From: Bacillales bacterium
GTDB lineage: Bacteria > Bacillota > Bacilli > JARBTR01
Direction: 5' to 3'
Assembly: GCA_031554215.1 (NCBI GenBank)
Contig: JAVBKF010000121.1
Location: 1-53,941 of the forward strand
Length of the DNA: 53,941 bases
Position numbers and translations under genes: made by a program
Shown: in pieces, positions 52,342 to 53,941 of the stretch
How the letters are laid out: each line of letters starts with the position of its first letter
Position numbering within the stretch: the stretch's first letter is position 1
The notes under the pieces: generated by a model
The model's database searches: none
Told to the model about the DNA's origin: nothing
Seen by the model: only the letters and a program-made list of their open reading frames with translations

Positions 52342-52744
52342 ACAATCACCACTGTTTTTACTATCGTATGCCCATAGCCAGTTCCATGGTGCCTATTTGA
52401 AAAATTGATGTGGAAATTCTGCCAGAATGATTAAGTACGCAGTGTACGCCTGCTCGGCAGTTGTTAATGTGAGGAAGCAAGTCAATAATAACAGCTTCTA
52501 ACTGAAATTCGTATGTCGTGGATTCTCAGCAAGGAAGTAGCCAGTCCACCCCACTCAGTAGAATCACCTTTAAAAAATGTTATGGGGTTCCTATCGCTTC
52601 CAACAAAATTTCTCACAAAGGAGTCAGTGTCAATGATTAACCTTGTTCATTGTCCAAACCATTTCTCAGCTACGGGTACGTTTTCAAAAAGACAAAAAAG
52701 GCATCACATTGATGTGACACCTACTCGTTTGAAAAAAGTACTAT

Positions 52745-53941
52745 TTACTGATTGTATTTTCTAAATACAATCGTTGCGTTATGACCACCGAAGCCTAGTG
52801 AATTTGACATCACCACGTCAATTTCCCGCTCAATGGCCTCGTTTGGTACATAATAGAGATCACATTCCGGATCTGGTTCCTCTAAATTAATGGTTGGTGG
52901 TATTTTTCCTTCTTGCAATGCAAGGACCGAGAAGATAGCTTCTATCCCGCCCGCGGCACCTAATAAATGACCCGTCATTGATTTAGTCGAGCTAATCGGT
53001 AAACCCTCTGCATGTGCACCAAATACTTCTTTGAGTGCCGCAGTTTCAAAACTGTCATTGTATGGCGTTGATGTGCCATGTGCATTCACATAACCAACTT
53101 CCTCAGGTAGAACCCCGCCATCACGAAGGGCCATTTTCATTGCACGCACACCACCCTCACCATTTGGCGCTGGCGATGTAATATGGTAGGCATCACCCGT
53201 TGAACCATAACCTACAATTTCCGCGTAAATATGAGCACCACGCGCTAGTGCATGTTCTAATTCCTCGAGAATGACAATTCCTGCACCCTCTCCCATGATG
53301 AAACCGTCACGGTTTTTGTCAAAGGGGCGACAAGCTGTGTTTGGATCTGGGTTTGTTGATAACGCTGTATTTGAACAAAAACCAGCAATAGCCATTCTGG
53401 TTATCGGGGCTTCTGCACCACCTGTAATCATTGCATCAGCATCACCACGCGCAATCACTTTGAATGCGTCGCCAATCGAATTGGTTCCTGTTGCACATGC
53501 GGTGACAGTGCAAGAGTTCACTCCTTTTGCGCCGAGCTGAATCGATACTTGACCTGATGCCATATCCGGTATCAGCATTGGAATGAAGAATGGACTCACT
53601 CGCCGGTATCCTTTCTCAAGGAACTTCTCATACTGCGTTTCGAGTGTCTCCATACCACCAATACCAGAGCCAATCCACACGCCAATATGTTCACTATTTG
53701 ATTCATTAATCACGAGCTTTGAATCCTCTAAAGCCATCATTGAAGCCGCTACTGCATATTGTGTGAAACGATCCATCTTCCGTGATTCCTTGCGCGGAAG
53801 AAACTTCTCTATATCAAAATCTTTTAATTCTGCTGCAACTTTTGCTGGGTAATCATCTGGGTTATGCCTTGTAAGTGGACCGATACCAGAAACTCCTGCC
53901 AATACATTTGCCCAAGAAGTTGCGACATCATTTCCTACTGG
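52745..53941 (-). CDS. fabF: 3-oxoacyl-ACP synthase II; 5' end lies beyond the window
   Basis: [32 protein letters not shown]; frame open to the window edge. Confidence 0.97.
   Translation of the reverse strand, partial: PVGNDVATSWANVLAGVSGIGPLTRHNPDDYPAKVAAELKDFDIEKFLPRKESRKMDRFTQYAVAASMMALEDSKLVINESNSEHIGVWIGSGIGGMETLETQYEKFLEKGYRRVSPFFIPMLIPDMASGQVSIQLGAKGVNSCTVTACATGTNSIGDAFKVIARGDADAMITGGAEAPITRMAIAGFCSNTALSTNPDPNTACRPFDKNRDGFIMGEGAGIVILEELEHALARGAHIYAEIVGYGSTGDAYHITSPAPNGEGGVRAMKMALRDGGVLPEEVGYVNAHGTSTPYNDSFETAALKEVFGAHAEGLPISSTKSMTGHLLGAAGGIEAIFSVLALQEGKIPPTINLEEPDPECDLYYVPNEAIEREIDVVMSNSLGFGGHNATIVFRKYNQ

Overview
Ordinary chromosomal DNA from a low-GC Bacillales (Firmicutes) bacterium, probably a spore former: it has yhaL, ytzC and yjbA orthologues with sigmaE/F/G-like promoters. 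Conserved Bacillus-type blocks are yhaQ-P-O-N-M-L, ytzC-ytqA-ytqB-ytpA-ytoA-metK and spx-oppFDCBA-yjbA-yjaZ-fabF. They are interleaved with accessory genes: an orphan trpB under a Trp T-box, a DUF348/G5 protein ending in NlpC/P60 with a WalR box, a tandemly duplicated PadR-DUF1700-DUF4097 operon, CDF and CorA transporters, a 1426-aa fused anaerobic plasmalogen-synthase-like (PlsA) enzyme and an unusually Cys-rich YceI. Two genes are frameshifted (MerR, HD hydrolase). I see no transposase, integrase, phage, cas, rRNA or tRNA gene, and no clear-cut novel multi-gene system. The most unexplained signals are non-coding: a corA leader with mutually exclusive RBS-sequestering pairings, a ~160-nt rod-like fold at 6.7 kb, a ~407-bp MITE-like element with nested hairpins, a 30-bp palindromic repeat pair inside an ABC operon, and two genes that appear to start at ATA/ATC. 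All family assignments come from recalled motifs and gene order, not database searches, and all RNA pairings were found by eye.
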